From positions 21,537,307-21,601,306 of the forward strand of contig JAHRHZ010000267.1 of NCBI GenBank assembly GCA_024137785.1: a stretch of 64,000 bases of DNA. The letters run 5' to 3'. This DNA comes from Ginglymostoma cirratum. Its lineage: Eukaryota. Numbering within the stretch: the first letter of the stretch is position 1; each line of letters begins with the position of its first letter. The notes beneath the pieces were generated by a model. That model saw only the letters and a program-made list of their open reading frames with translations. It was not told the DNA's origin and did no database searches. Below, piece by piece: positions 1 to 13,076 of this stretch. Position numbers and translations under genes: made by a program.

Positions 1-1040
1 TTTGAATTCTTACCTTCTTCCCCAAGAAGCTATTTTTATCTCATTGTTTGAATGCACAGTGGAACCTTACTGATCTGTTTGGTTTTTACCACCCCCAAGT
101 GATATAGGTGCTCTGTGAACCATTGGTATGTTATGGTTGCTGTACAGTGAAAAAGAGATTATCAAATCACAGTAATGTCACTTGAAGTCATGGGCGTTTA
201 ATGCAAGTTGAAGGCTAGTATATCTAGGATGAGCTTAACTGTAGCTCAATAGTTGCATCACAATCTTTCTACCAATAGTAATAATTAATGTTCCAGTCTG
301 CTTTATGCTGATATAAGGGATTCAAGCTGATGAAAGCATTCAGCTGTACCTCATGTTTTAATCAACTCTCTGACAGCCTTTCCTGCATAAAGTACACGAG
401 AGTGGTCATTATAACCATATTTAACCATCGGTCAAGTGTGAGAAGATATTATGATAATACTCAACATTTGAAAGATTAATATCAAGAAATGAATATTTAA
501 ATCCATACCTATGTTCCCAAACATTTAATCTTGTAAATCTAATCGTAAGGTGTCCTACAAGTTTTGCTGAAGGGCAGTGTAACTTGGTAAAGACTACTGA
601 TGGTGTCCTGATATTGTACTGGATTCAAGAACAGGCAGTCTTAAACAGCACATTATTTTTCTTATTTTTGAGTAAGACAGATAAGAATCGTAAACCCCTT
701 GATAAAAGCTGGGCAAAACAGCAAAAATGGAGATCTGCGCAGATTAGCATTCGGTCCATTTGCAACTGCAGATTCTTGTTTGATTTGAAGGATACGTTTG
801 CTGCTCTTTTCCATTAATCAAGCTATTGCTGCTCCCTCACCAACCACACCCCCACCCGGATACTCTCATGTACATTCACAATGCTTGCCGCTTAATGTGG
901 TGGGCTTCCTCCAGCAAAGCTGATGCGGTGCTCTTGCCTGATCTCCAATCTGTCGTCAAGACCCATGATGCAAGCAGTAACTCCTGCCTGTTAAGTCTCT
1001 TTAGTATATCGTGAAAGGATGGAGAAAAACAGATGAAGGT

Positions 1041-1273
1041 AGGCTGGGGCTCTATCTCCTGAAAAGGAGAGCTGAGTGGTGATTTAATTGAGGTCTTTAG
1101 AATTAGTTAAGGTTTTAGTCTTACAGGGAAAAGATAAGAAAGTGGAGTTGAGGATTATCAGATAAGCAACGATCTCATTGGTTGAATCGACTCAATGAGC
1201 TGAATGGCCTACTGATTGAACGGATAGAAAGAATGCTTTCCCTATGGGGAATTGAATAACTTAGAGGGTAGAT
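1041..1273 (+). mobile_element. CR1-type LINE 3' fragments (degenerate; a CR1 tail piece at ~1118-1213 interrupts a second fragment)
   Basis: GGCTGGGGCTCTATCTCCTGAAAAGGAGAGCTGAGTGGTGATTTAATTGAGGTC resembles the CR1 ORF2 LGLFSLE..RLRGDLIEV region; tail motif GCTGAATGGCCTACT ends at ~1213. Confidence 0.7.
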
Positions 1274-2200
1274 TTGTTTTTATTCAATCAGGGAACTTGA
1301 GCGTTGCTCGGCCTCGGTCGCCCCGGAGAAGGTGGTGGTGAGCTATGTTCTTGAACTGCTGTAGATTAGCCCATAATGCCCTTAGGATTTTTGATCCAGC
1401 GACAGTGAAGGAACGGCAAGATTTGCAAGTCAGGATGGTAAGTGGCTTGGAGGGGAACTTGAAGGTGGTTGTGTTCACACATATTTGCTGCTTTTGACCT
1501 TCTAGATGAATGTGGTCATGGGTTTGGAAAGTGCAGTCGTTGGATCTTTGGTGAATTGGTGCAGTACATCTTGCAGATAGAATACACTACTGCTACCGAT
1601 TGTTGGTGGTGCTAATTAAGCAGGCTGCTTTGTCCTAAATGGTGTCAACCGTCTTGAGCACTGTAGCTGAATTCATCCAGACAAATGGGGAGCATTCTAT
1701 CGCACTCCTGACTTGTGCCTTGTACATGGTAGACAGGCTTTGGGGAGTAATTTTCAGGCCCAAGTCTGAAAATTGTCTAGATCTTGTTGCATTTAAACAT
1801 GGCTTGCTTCAGCGTCTGAGGAGTCATAAATGGTGCTGAACATTGTGTAATCATTGGCAAAAACCCCCACTTCTGACCTTATGATGGAGGGAAGGTCATC
1901 GATGAAGTAGCTGAAGGTAGTTAGCTTTGGACACTACCCTGAAGGACTCAGGCAGAGATGTCCTGGAGCTGAGATGGCTGACCTCCAACAACCACATCCA
2001 TCTTCCGGTCTGTCAGGATTGACTCTAACCAGACAGTTTGCACCCTGATACCCATTGATATGTTTTGCCTGGATACCCTTGATATCAAACTCGGTCAAAT
2101 GAGGCCTTGATGGTCAAGGGCTGTCACTCTCATCTCACCTCACCTCTGCGATTCAGCTCTTTTGTCCACGTTTGAGCCAAGACTATAATGAGGTCAGAAG
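1274..2200 (-). mobile_element. CR1/L2-clade LINE (second family), internally deleted RT plus 3' end
   Basis: Minus strand ~1830-1950 translates VLQGSV..TFSYFIDDLPSIIRSEVGVFANDYTMF (PQGSVLGP and FADD motifs, one frameshift). 3' end motif TTTATTCA..GAGAAGGTGGTGGTGAG on plus. Same family as 41.9 kb and 55 kb. Confidence 0.85.
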
Positions 2201-2359
2201 CTCAGGTGTAAGTTTTGATTTTACAAAGTTGATGAAGGACATTGATGTGGATGGCAACACTAAATGTCTGATGCAAAATAACAGACAGCTGGTCTCCACA
2301 TGCAATGAGTCAGGGTGGGGAGAGGCGCCCATTGTTATTTAATATAGGTATGAATCCTA

Positions 2360-2731
2360 CTTCTTCTATGGCAGTCCCTGAGGGTGGAGGGCAACTTACT
2401 TCCACTTGGGTCGGGGTGCGGGTGTGGAATGGGTTCTGCGATGGCCAAATACTCCAATCTTGGAACTGTAGTCTCTGTCCCAGGTGAGAGGAGGCAGGTA
2501 GGAGAAACACTCTTCTGACTGCTTGCGACTGACCTGCTCAAGGTGCTTGGCACCTTTTCAGATTGTTCTTCTCAAGGTTGTGTTGTCTCAGCCAAGTTAA
2601 TCCCACATATTGGTGGGCATGTTGCATTTGTTCATGGAGGTTTTCAGGGTGTTCTTGTAGTGTTTCCTCTGCCCTCCTAGTGATCAACTTGCCATTGTGG
2701 AGTAGAGCATTTGTTTTGGGAATCTTGTGTC
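2360..2731 (-). mobile_element. RTE-clade LINE 3' fragment
   Basis: Minus translation DTRFPKQMLYSTMAS*SLGGQRKHYKNTLKTSMNKCNMPTNMWD matches the RTE C-terminal RLPKQxLY..GGQRKRYKDTLK motif; ends GGGACTGCCATAGAAGAAG. Confidence 0.8.
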
Positions 2732-4219
2732 CTCAGTGATAGTTACAAGAATTACAAGACTATTGAGATATTCAGTTTATAATGGAGAAACTAAGGTCAG
2801 ATCTTTTATCTTGACAGACTAATGATGTTTGCTGTTACCCATTGATAAATGATATAGCAACTTCCCAGCAAGAAGCAGATGAGCAGTTACATGCTAGTAC
2901 CTAGAAATATCTGTCCATGTTGCCATTAGGGAAATACTGCATCCACGAAGCTATCTGCCTCACTATTGGCATATGCTGAATGCTGTAAAATTGCATCCAG
3001 AGAGTAGATATGAACTAAAACCACCAAAATATTTAGGGTTAGTAATTAGCAGAAAAAGTATCCTTTCCGTTAAACAGTATGACAGTGTTAATGACTGCCC
3101 TTCCAACGTTTGAAAATGGAAGTTAATGATTACAAAAGTGGAGTTGCATTCTTTCCAGTCATGCATTGCTTTCGTAGACTATAAAATATGTCAGTTTTTT
3201 TTCATCCTCCCTCTCTAAATCTGATCATTCCCTCCCTCTCTTTTGTGTTTCTGCACCTGATGTCTCATTGAGTTCACAAGCTTTAATTCACATTCCAATT
3301 CTTCCACTGCTTATTTCCGAATCCTTAAATCCGACTGGTTAAAATAGCACCCTTCTAGTGGCCCTATTCATTCAAATTCTGATGCCCTACTTCCCTCTTT
3401 GCAAAATTAACACTTTAAGCTGCCAGCAATAGTTTCAGCAAATATGTTTTAGGATGAAGAATACGGCAGCAAGACTAACGAAAAGCAGATACCTTTAGAT
3501 ATTCTGCTGCAGCCAAATCTGATCCAAGTTCGATACTCTGGAAAGTTAAGAAAGTAATATCCATGATTTTCCACATCGGTGTTCACCAATTTGTAGTGTT
3601 CCATCGAGTTAAAAATGAACAGACAGACAAATCATTTCGTAAAATATCATATAGAATGTACAACCATAATCCTTTAAGTGAACCTTCATTATTGTTTAAT
3701 GTTTCCTAATAAGTTTCAAAATTGGTCAACTTTACACAGCTTCTGAAAACAAGCAACCAGGTAAAATCTAACAATTTACTAATTTAACTGATATGATCTT
3801 GAGTTAGTTCAAAGAAGTATGCAATGCAGGACTATTTAGAAGATGGTGGACATGAAACAGATTGGTGTGGTATCCCAACATTACATTGGCTTACCTTGTT
3901 TCTTCTGGCTACTGACTGTGTGGCTCATGTGGAATTCCTCAATGATATGAGCATATGTAGCTGCTTCCCTCCAGTAAACATGCTAAATTGGTATTATTCT
4001 GATGCCACACAGTCCAATGAGCTGTTGTGATGCCAGGGTGCCAAATTTGGCCACTACAGATCCTGGCAATGCGTGCATTATGTAGTCCTGAAAAGAGAAA
4101 AATATAAAGGGCCAGGCACCCTGCTTGCCACTATGTTAAACTTGTGGAAGTTTTTCTGTTAATTAGAAACTGTCTGTATTTATCAGTGAGTTTTGTTGCA
4201 TCCTCACAGGAATATCAGA

Positions 4220-4564
4220 AGATTATAAGATGATGAGAGGCATAGATAGAGCGGATAGTCAGAGACTTTTTCCCAGGGCGGAAATGACTATTACGAGGGG
4301 GCATAATTTTAAGGTGATTGGAGGAAGGTATATGGGAGATGTCAGGGGTAGGTTCTTCACACAGAGTGGTGGGCGTGTGGATTGCGCTGCCGGCAGTGGT
4401 AGTGGAGTCCGACACTTTAGAGACTTTTAAGTGACTCTTGGATAGGCACATGGGGGATAGTAAAATGTAGGATACGCAGGGTAGATTGATCTGAGTAGGA
4501 TAATAGGACGGCACAACATCGTAGGCAGAAGGGCCTGTACTGTGCTGTACTGTTCGATGTTCTA
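4220..4564 (+). mobile_element. CR1 (HER1-like) LINE 3' end
   Basis: ORF MMRGIDRADSQRLFPRAEM..RGHNFKV..GDVRGRFFTQ; tail GGGCCTGTACTGTGCTGTACTGTTCGATGTTCTA; closely similar to 10740-11082. Confidence 0.95.
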
Positions 4565-4599
4565 AGATTTGTCTACTGCAAATAGACTGCAACAGGTAG

Positions 4600-5100
4600 C
4601 AGTGCCAACATCTATGCCCGCCTCTTGCCAGGATAAAGAAGAGTCTGTGGAGAAAGAAAGCTCAACGTTCTGCCCCTCTGTCAACTTAGAGCCAAACTCC
4701 TGCAGCCGTGACAGCGGTCAGCCCTGACAAGCCAACAAGCGCACCCAACATCTCTATGAAGAATGACCACACTGCCATCCGGTATGCTGAGGTCATCATC
4801 CGAGTCCTCTGTAGCATGACTTGCCTGGCCATCTCACCTTTTGGGTGAGGTACAAAATGAATGCTTTTACCTCCCGGCCTGGCCGCAGGCCATTCATGCC
4901 CAGTGACTCTCCGTGTGCTGATTCCAAGTCTCCAGGGCATCTACAATGGTGGTGACTCAGCTCGCGGCTCCAAGTGTTAGATCACTGTGCTGTCACGAGG
5001 TGCTCTTTCCTCATCCTGGGTGTCTGAAACTCAACTTGGTCTGAGGGAACAGGGCTGGGGTGGGAAACACAACAACCATCTTCACAGCGTCATGATAGTT
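4600..5100 (-). mobile_element. Possible Harbinger Myb/SANT-gene downstream remnant
   Basis: GC-richer degenerate block; the minus strand shares the 13-mer TTTCAGACACCCA (5017-5029) with the Harbinger-like remnant at 38784-38796. Confidence 0.35.
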
Positions 5101-7717
5101 TGCCCTTCATGACAGGCAGCAAGATGAGGGCAACCCGGAATACATGAGGGAACATAAAAACTGGAATATATCATCATCATCATCATCCTCTTTCCTCCTC
5201 CATGTGCCCAGCCATACTAAATGCATTCAGCTTGTGACATTAAGAAAAAAACCCTACGCTTCCAATGAATGCAGCACGCATCAGGTAAGTACGTCAATTC
5301 TCCCAATTCCATATATTTCTATGGTGAGCATCTGGGTGAGATACCGGTATAGTGTCGTTTCTGGAGAAGTTAATCTCAGATAGCAACTTCCGAATTTCCC
5401 CGTTTAGCAATGCAGTCACAGTTAGTTGATGTATGATTTCCACATAAATAACGGTAAGTGCTGTTAGCTTTACACTAAATCTACCACAAAGCCAGGCCCA
5501 ATGATTCAGCATGGCATTCTGAGGTAAGGCTATTAGGACCTAGTACTATGTTCATTAGACAACAGAGCAATTTACTGAATAACTTGTGGGAATTGTATAA
5601 TTTAACACAAATATGAAATGCATTATGCTGAAAATTACTTAAAATGCGCATGAATTGTAGCATAACATTTCATTAGCTACTTGTCGTCTTTTCTAAAGAA
5701 ACAGAATACACAACTCTGCTATGCCTATTGTTCATTTATAGAACAGAAAAGGATGCATGCTTCTTTATTGCTTTTAATAACAATTTTATGAGTATGAAAT
5801 AGGATTTAAGTGTTTATATTGGGCCTGTCCCATAAATCTCAGCAGTATGTCTTTTTAAAAATGAAAAGTTTTATGGATCTCAAGACATAAACATGTAGAT
5901 TTCCTGGGACATATAAAAATAGCAAGCGAATTGTAGCTGTACATCTTGCAAACAAAACCAACCTCCCTCCCTCCCTCCTGGGCAAGAATGTATTCTGGTA
6001 TTTTGTTTGATGTGCGCGTATATTTAGAAATTCAAACATGTCCTGCCCAGGGGGCTTCAGGTGTAACTTTTACTCTGGCTTTGTCACCAGCTCTTGCTTG
6101 CAAACAAGCATTTGCATCAAGCTTAACCAACAGAGTAACATTGCCTGTTGTGGCCAAAGGCTAGATATGCAAATTTTGGCCAAATATAAATTATGACAGA
6201 GGCAAGGGCTTAAATTATTGAGTTCCGAAATATAACCTTACTGGATGTCAAGGTAATCATGCAACTACGGCCATTTCACTTCAGCAACTCATCATTTTCA
6301 AGCAACAGTCTGATGATTCTGTGACAGTGCCCATTGTCAGTGCAGATCTTTCTCAACAGTTGTGAAATACATGGTGTAATGCAACTGTACAGAAATGTAT
6401 CTGTATTAAGCACAGTTTATTAAATGGAAAGTTATGTTCGCAGGAAATTGTATGGAACCCATGGAATTACTTTTAGGCAGTGATGTGCATTGTGGTAAGA
6501 AATTGTCAGATTTTTACTGGCGTACACCTTAAAGTCTGATTAATGTGCAACTTCCTTCTTGCAGAGAAAACGATTAAAAGTGTGGTGCTGACATTTACTG
6601 ATATGGTTGCCTATTGTTTAAAAAGGAAAATCCTCTTCAAATATTATGTGGGAAATCTTTCCCTCTCACGTACCTCTCTACCTTTTGCTCCAACAGCACA
6701 GCATCCACATGCCCAGTATGCTGCAGTCTAGAAATGCTACAACCTCTGAGCGGTAATTGCAAGGCCAATTACAAAAAGTTACCAAATAATTCTGCAAAAG
6801 CAATTAGTATGTTCACCCATTCACAGTTTGATAAACACCCCCTTAGGCGGTGACTGAAGTCCCTTTGGTCACACCTTGACAATATAACATCCAGCTGCTC
6901 AGGCTCAAGGGTATTTTTTCATGGAGTAAAGAAGATGGACTGAAGATGGGTAAACAGTACAATTCCTCACAAATAGATGGTGCCATACAGAAACAAGACC
7001 TCTTTACTACAATGGTTCACGCAAAATCGGCAGCAAGATTCTGAGTAGGTGGGACTGTTCTAATCAGCATTTTCATGCCAGACGCAGTCCTTATCTGAAA
7101 GCTGGGCTCGACACGTTTTTGTAACATAATACCACTTGGATGATTCTGACAGCTCACAATACTAGTAATACCAGAGTTCACTAACAAATTGCATGTGTTT
7201 GTCATATTTCTTCTGAGCACTGCCATCTGCCAGGAGTGGCATTTCATAGTTCTTCACCCTGGCTCCTGCCAAGGAATCATCTGGCAGTACCTAATGCTAC
7301 ACAAAAAAGGGATTACAGAAGAAATACAACTGAGAATATTGATAATTTTCAGTAACTGGTGAAGAATGAAGATGAATGAGGCAGCGGAAGGAAAAGCAAT
7401 TAGTTCACCAGCCTTTACAGCTGTGTTCTTGGATTGTCTCCCCTGGCCTTTTACAACCAGCACACACCCCAAAAGGAAATCAAATGCATTGTTTTCAAAT
7501 GGCAGTTATGTTTTCTTAAATGCCCAAATTCTCCCCTTTCAATATTGAATGAGTGGTTTGCTGCATCGATTTGTAAATGATATTCTCAGTAGATCCCTTT
7601 TTGTTTGAAAATCTTAATTTTAAATATTCGTATTTTCATTCGATTCTGTGATTTTATTTGATTAGATGTATTACAAAAATAGTCAATATCTCTCTAATGT
7701 CCACATTAAAGCAATGA

Positions 7718-8020
7718 TGGGGAGCTGATGACTTTGTGGTATCATCACTTGACTGTTAATCCAGAGACCCAAGTAATGTTCTAGGGGACGTGGGTTCAAA
7801 TCCTGCCACGGCATATGGTGGAATTTGAATTCAACAACATTCTGGAATAAAAAGTCTAATGCTAACCATTGTCGATTGTCAGAAAAACCCACTTAGTTGC
7901 CTAATGTTCCATCAGGGAAGGAAACTGCTAACCTTACCTAGTCTAGCCTAAATATAACTCCAGCCCCATAGCAATGTAGCTGATTCTTAACTCCCCTGGA
8001 GGAGAAATGCTGGCCTGGCC
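7718..8020 (+). mobile_element. tRNA-derived SINE with CR1-like tail
   Basis: Pol III B box GGGTTCAAATCC (~7792); body GGTGGAATTTGAATTCAA..AAAAACCCA..GGGAAGGAAA; tail AAATGCTGGCCTGGCC; homologous to 57275-57586. Confidence 0.85.
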
Positions 8021-8528
8021 ATTGCTGAGCACAAAATCAAACCAACACATTGCTGTTTAAAACAGAAAAGCCAAAAGAACTGCGGATGCTGTAAATCTCA
8101 CTGCTCATGATGCTGTGTACGTATTCGAAAGGTTTACTCAAAAAGTCAAACTCACATTCAAATAGCTGGGAGATAAAGTGACATCACAGTAAAAACCCAG
8201 ACAAAGCTCTGTCCGCAGATGTGTGCTGAATTTTTCAAAGTCATGTCATTGGATCCACTGATATGAATTTCAAAGCCTGAGGCAGGAAGCAGGTGAGCCT
8301 ATTGATAATTTCTTAATAAGGCTTAAAGATACACAGTCAGAAAGTGTAAAACTTAAGGAAACAGATGAAAGGTAATTACATAATCCTACACTGGGCTCTG
8401 CATCCTTGAAGATAAAAAAGGATTTGATTAAAAAGGGCAAGTTTGCAATTTCACCCATATTAGACATTACATATTCAACTGACAAGGTTGTCAGCAGCTA
8501 TAGGGGCCTGGCACGAAAAATGGATTAA

Positions 8529-8680
8529 GGCCACACTTGGCTAAGATCGTTTTGAATGAAGGAGTAGGCTCATTGAGCCCACCCAGCTCCACTTCAGCTG
8601 CTGTGGGAATTGAACCCAAGATGCTGGGGACACTCAGCATTGCAAACCAGCCATCCAGCCAACTGAGCTAACCAACTTCC
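8529..8680 (-). mobile_element. tRNA-derived SINE inserted in the Gypsy element
   Basis: Minus strand GGTTAGCTCAGTTGG (A box) and GGGTTCAATTCCC (B box). Confidence 0.85.
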
Positions 8681-9134
8681 AGCCACGTAAAGTACTAACT
8701 GAACTAAAAGGACAGCTTGAACTAGAGGTCCAAGAGATAGAAGTAGAGAAAGAACTAATCAGATTTTTGGAGTCAAAGTATTGGGTAAATCTCATGTTGG
8801 TGTGAGATGCCAGAAATGGCAACTGGAACAGGACGTTTAACAAGAAATCTTCATTGTTACTGCTGACAACATTCGACACACTGTTTGGTCAATACAAATT
8901 CCTGTGTCCACCTTTTGAGGTCAAACAGTGAGCCAGGATGTGTTAAAGCAGAAAATAAATTAAACAGTCAGAGGACATCAAGGGGTAGTTAACAGATCTG
9001 ACAACAATCAGAAAAGCTGGGATCAAGCTAAATGCAGACAAGTGCATCGCAAAGAATACCAGTCCTTTGGAATAGTGTACACACCCGACAGAGTCAAGTT
9101 GTAAAGCTCACAAGCCTCTCGGAAATGGAAGCTT

Positions 9135-11083
9135 AAAAGATTTTGGAAAAGAGGAATGGAAACGGCTTTAGAGGGATACAAGTTAACCAGGAAGGAGCTG
9201 AAAAAAAGGGCTTAGGAGAGCTATAAGGGGGCATGAGAAAACCTTGGCAGATAGGATCAAGGAAAACTCCAAGGCCTTTTACGCATATGTGCAGAACAAG
9301 AGAATGACCAGAGAAAGGGTAGGGCCGATCAAGGATCGTAAAGGGAATTTGTGCACAGAGCCTAAAGAGATAGGAGAGGTCCTTAATGAATACTTTTCTT
9401 CAGTATTCACAACTGAGAGAGACCTAGTTGTAGAGGAGTACGTTGTGAAACAGGCAGGTAGGCTAGATGAGGTTGAAGTTAGTAAAGAATATGTGCTAGG
9501 AATTCTGAGGAAGTTGAAGATAAATCAGTCCCCCGGGGCCTGATGGGATTTATCCAAGGATTCTATGTGAAGCGAGGGAAGAGATCGCAGGGCCTTTGGC
9601 GATGATCTTTTCATCCTCACTGTCCACGGATAGAGTGCTGCAAGATTGGAAAGAGGCAAATGTCATTCCCTTGTTCAAAAAAGGGAACAGGGATAACCCC
9701 GGAAATTACAGGCCAGTTAATCTCACATCAGTGGTGGGCGAATTACTGGAAAGGGCTCTGAGAGATAGGATTTATGATCACTTGGAAAGGCACAGTTTGA
9801 TTCGTGATAGTCAGCATGGATTTGTGAGGGGTAGATCATGCCTCACAAACCTTACAGAATTCTTTGAAGAGGTGACCAAACACGTGGATGCAGGTGGAGC
9901 GGTGGAGGTGGTACACATGGATTTAAGTAAGGCGTTTGATAAGGTTCCCCATGGTAGGCTCATGCAGAAGGTAAGGAGGCATGGGATAGGGGGAAATGTG
10001 GCAGATTTTGTCTTCTAAGGTTCAGCCAATTCTGAATCCAAAGGGTGGTAGTGGACGGAAAATATTCAACATGGTGCTCAGTTAAGAGTAGTGTTCCACA
10101 AGGATCTGTTCTGGGTCCTCTTCTATTTGTGATTTTTGTAAATGATTTGGATGAAGGAGTGGGAGGGTGGATTAGCAAGTTCGTGGATGATACGAAGGTG
10201 GGTCACGTTGTGGACAGTGCGGAGAGCTGCTTTAGGTTACAAAGGGACATTGATAGAATGCAGAGCTGGGCTGAGAAGTGGTAGATGGAGTTTAACCCTG
10301 AAAAGTGTGAGGTGATTCATTTTGGAAGGACAAACTTGAAAGCAGAATACAGGGTTAACAGAAAGATTCTTGGCAGTGTGGAGAAGCAGAGGGATCTTGG
10401 GGTTAATGTTCACAGTTTCCTGAGAGCTGCCACCCAGATGGATAGAGTTGTTAAGGCGGCGTATGGTGTGTTAGCTTTCATTAATAGAGGGACTGAGTTC
10501 AAGAGACGTGAAGTTATGCTCCAGCTATACAAAAGCCTGGTTCGGCAACATCTGGAGTATTGTGTCCACTTCTGGTCGCCTCATTACAGGCAAGATATGG
10601 AAGCGTTAGAAAAGGTGCAGAGGAGATTTACCAGGATGTTGCCTGGAATGGAGGGAAGGTCTTACGAGGCAAGGTTGAGAGAGCTAGGGCTTTTCTCTTT
10701 AGAATGACGAAGGATGAGACGTGACTTGATAGAGGTGTACAAAATGATCAGAGGTATAGATAGAGTAGACAGCCAGAGACTTTTTCCTAGGGTGGAGGTA
10801 GCTTTTACGAGGGGATATAGTTTTAAAGTGAAAGGAGGTAGATATCGGGGAGATGTCAGAGGTAGATTCTTTACTCAGAGTGGTAGGGGCGTGGAATGCA
10901 TTGCCGGAGAGGGTAATGGAGTCGGCCTCATTAGGGGCATTTAAGCAGCTATTAGATAGGCATATGGATGATAGTATAAGGTAGCGGTGGAGGTTAGACA
11001 GACCTTAGGTTTAGGGTAAAAGTTCGGCACAACATGATGGGCCGAAGGGCCTGTACTGTGCTGTACTGTTCTATGTTCTATGT
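9135..11083 (+). mobile_element. 5'-truncated CR1 (HER1-like) LINE, ORF2 reverse transcriptase pseudogene
   Basis: ORFs 9244-9543, 9596-10018, 10045-10284, 10285-10707 and 10714-10944 give IKENSKAFY, PLFKKGNRDNPGNYRPV, QHGF..RSCLTNL, DLSKAFDKVPH, VPQGSVLGPLLF, KFVDD, HLEYCVHFWSP; ends (GTTCTAT)n. Confidence 0.97.
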
Positions 11084-13076
11084 AAAATGAAGAGAAAAAG
11101 TAGAAGTTTGACTTATTTGGTCCAGTGCAAGTTCTTTCATACCTCACAACAGAACATACAGGAAATGTACAAGAGCTGATTTAAGAAAAATGTTCAGTCC
11201 CAGTGGTTAGAGCCACATGGGAACAGTTTGAACAGACTCAAAGGAATACCATATAAGGAGACATGTCTTCCACGCTGCAACAGGGATAAATGTCTCTCTG
11301 CAAGTAGATGTTTCTACAGAAGGGCTGCCAGCAGCTTTGGTACAAAACGGAAAATTGGTATGATTTACAGCCAAAGTTCAGCTGTCAGCTGTGACCAGAG
11401 ATGCCGACATTGCAAGGGAGCTTCAGATACTTGTGTGAGAATATCAGAAATTTCATAAATGGCTCTGTAGGACAAAGTTCGTCGTGACAGTTATCATCCT
11501 CCACTGGGGCAAATCTACAAGTAAAAAGTGTGTAGAGCCCTAGCAAAACTGCAGAAGTTCCTCAGAGGCTTCAGAGTTAGGGCTTCAGTCTGAACCACAG
11601 GCCAGGAAAAGAACCATTGCTTGCTGATATCCATAGGACAAACAAGACATAAGGTCCAGGTGCAAAGATTGTATAGATCCATCATGTAGTCAACGTAAAA
11701 CAGCTGAAATGGAGTCAAATTAGAGAAAAGATCAGCAAAATCAAAAAGTCGCAGATGTTCCCTCAGCAGGCTTCCCTGCAGGGATGGTCTGACATTACTA
11801 GCTATGTCAGTTCGGTCTATCAGAGGAGACGCTTCGCTGGATGATGGTGTTGTTAGCCTGATCCAGAATAATGATGCCCAGACCAAATGAATCCAGAAGA
11901 TACGTGAAAGGCACGTGAGAATAGGGAATTGCAAGCTCCAAGCCAAAACGGATGGGTTCAGTGTCAGGATTTACAAACACATTGAAAAAATGGTGTTTAA
12001 CTTGAATGTGTTGCAGAAATATACGGGATATATATAAGAAAAATAAAGATAGCTACTCAAGTACCACCGAGACTATTGCATCCGGTGAAAGCCAACTCTG
12101 TTCACACAATCAAACATGGTGTTTCATCACTGGAGACAACTACTGAAAATTCTCTTTTATCCAAGAGGCAAAAGATTTGAAGGCTACAACAATCATTTTT
12201 ATCTGTACAAATTATGCTTGTTGAACAAGGGATTCGTGGAAGAGCAACACATGACAACGGAATCCAATTCAAGTCAAGAGAAATTAAGGAGTTCACTGAA
12301 CAGTATGGTTTCAATGTGGGTTTATACATAGGCAGATAGTCAAGAGAATCCTCATGAAATGGTAAGACATAAATGAAGACCCGAAGCATACCTTATTGTC
12401 ACTATCATCTACATCTCTCCAGGCTGATGAGAAATCACCTGCAGATCTGTTGGATGGAGAGGAGTAGAAGGCAACCCTGCCAAGCAAGTTATTTCCTCTG
12501 GTTGGAGGAGATCAACAAGCATGTTATCTCCCTGGCTGAGCTGTTAAAAAGCCAAACATACCAAGCGTACAGGATTTATTCAGGAAAATCTGGGACCTGG
12601 CATTGTTTTAGTGAAGTTGAGACTACAAAGTCAAAGATCCTTGTGACAGAAGTCAGTACACAGATGAAAAGGCAGAGAGAGTTCAAAATTGATTTGCTCC
12701 TGCGGTGGAAATGCAACATGACTTTTGAGTGAGACAATATCAACACCATCACTTTAATGGCATCAAGCACAACTTACACAACACAATGAGCAATAGGTAC
12801 AACGTCACCTTTGCAGCATGCCACGTCACCACTGACAGTGATGAAAGCCACGTCTAATAGGTTAAGACACAACATCGTACTAACTAAGCAACACCATGAA
12901 TAACATTGAGAAAAGGAAATAAGCTTTTGCTGTTTTATGTCTTTCTAGGTGAATGGCAGGCAGTGGGGGTGAACGTACGGCTTTAATGGAGACTTGTTGC
13001 TTTTCAGCTTACACATATTAACCATACAAGTGAACTAAATCATGCGATATTGCATTATTTTTGGTGAAGACATTGT

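Larger units (their letters stand above)
8100..12905 (+). mobile_element. Decayed Ty3/Gypsy LTR retrotransposon internal region (gag, RT, RNase H, integrase), interrupted by a SINE and a CR1
   Basis: gag YEFQSLRQEAGEPIDNFLIRLK from 8262; RT PRKVLTELK..WVN, DARNGNWN, TTFDTLFGQYKFLCPPF..SQDV, RKAGIKLNADKC (8680-9130); RNase H LQVDVSTEGLPAALVQNGK..DIARELQ..KFHKWL (11300-11560); integrase zinc-finger-like region (~11900-12020) and KSPADLL..ATLP (~12430-12480). Many stops and frameshifts. Confidence 0.9.

Noticed and set aside
8600-8680. tRNA gene
   Set aside because: A and B boxes are present but there is no acceptor stem or cloverleaf; it is a SINE head
9244-10944. Chain of RT ORFs as a functional gene or novel RT system
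   Set aside because: Ordinary 5'-truncated CR1 ORF2 with stops, frameshifts and a deletion; no endonuclease domain or ORF1
11515-11946. 143-aa minus-strand ORF
   Set aside because: Antisense shadow of the Gypsy pol remnant
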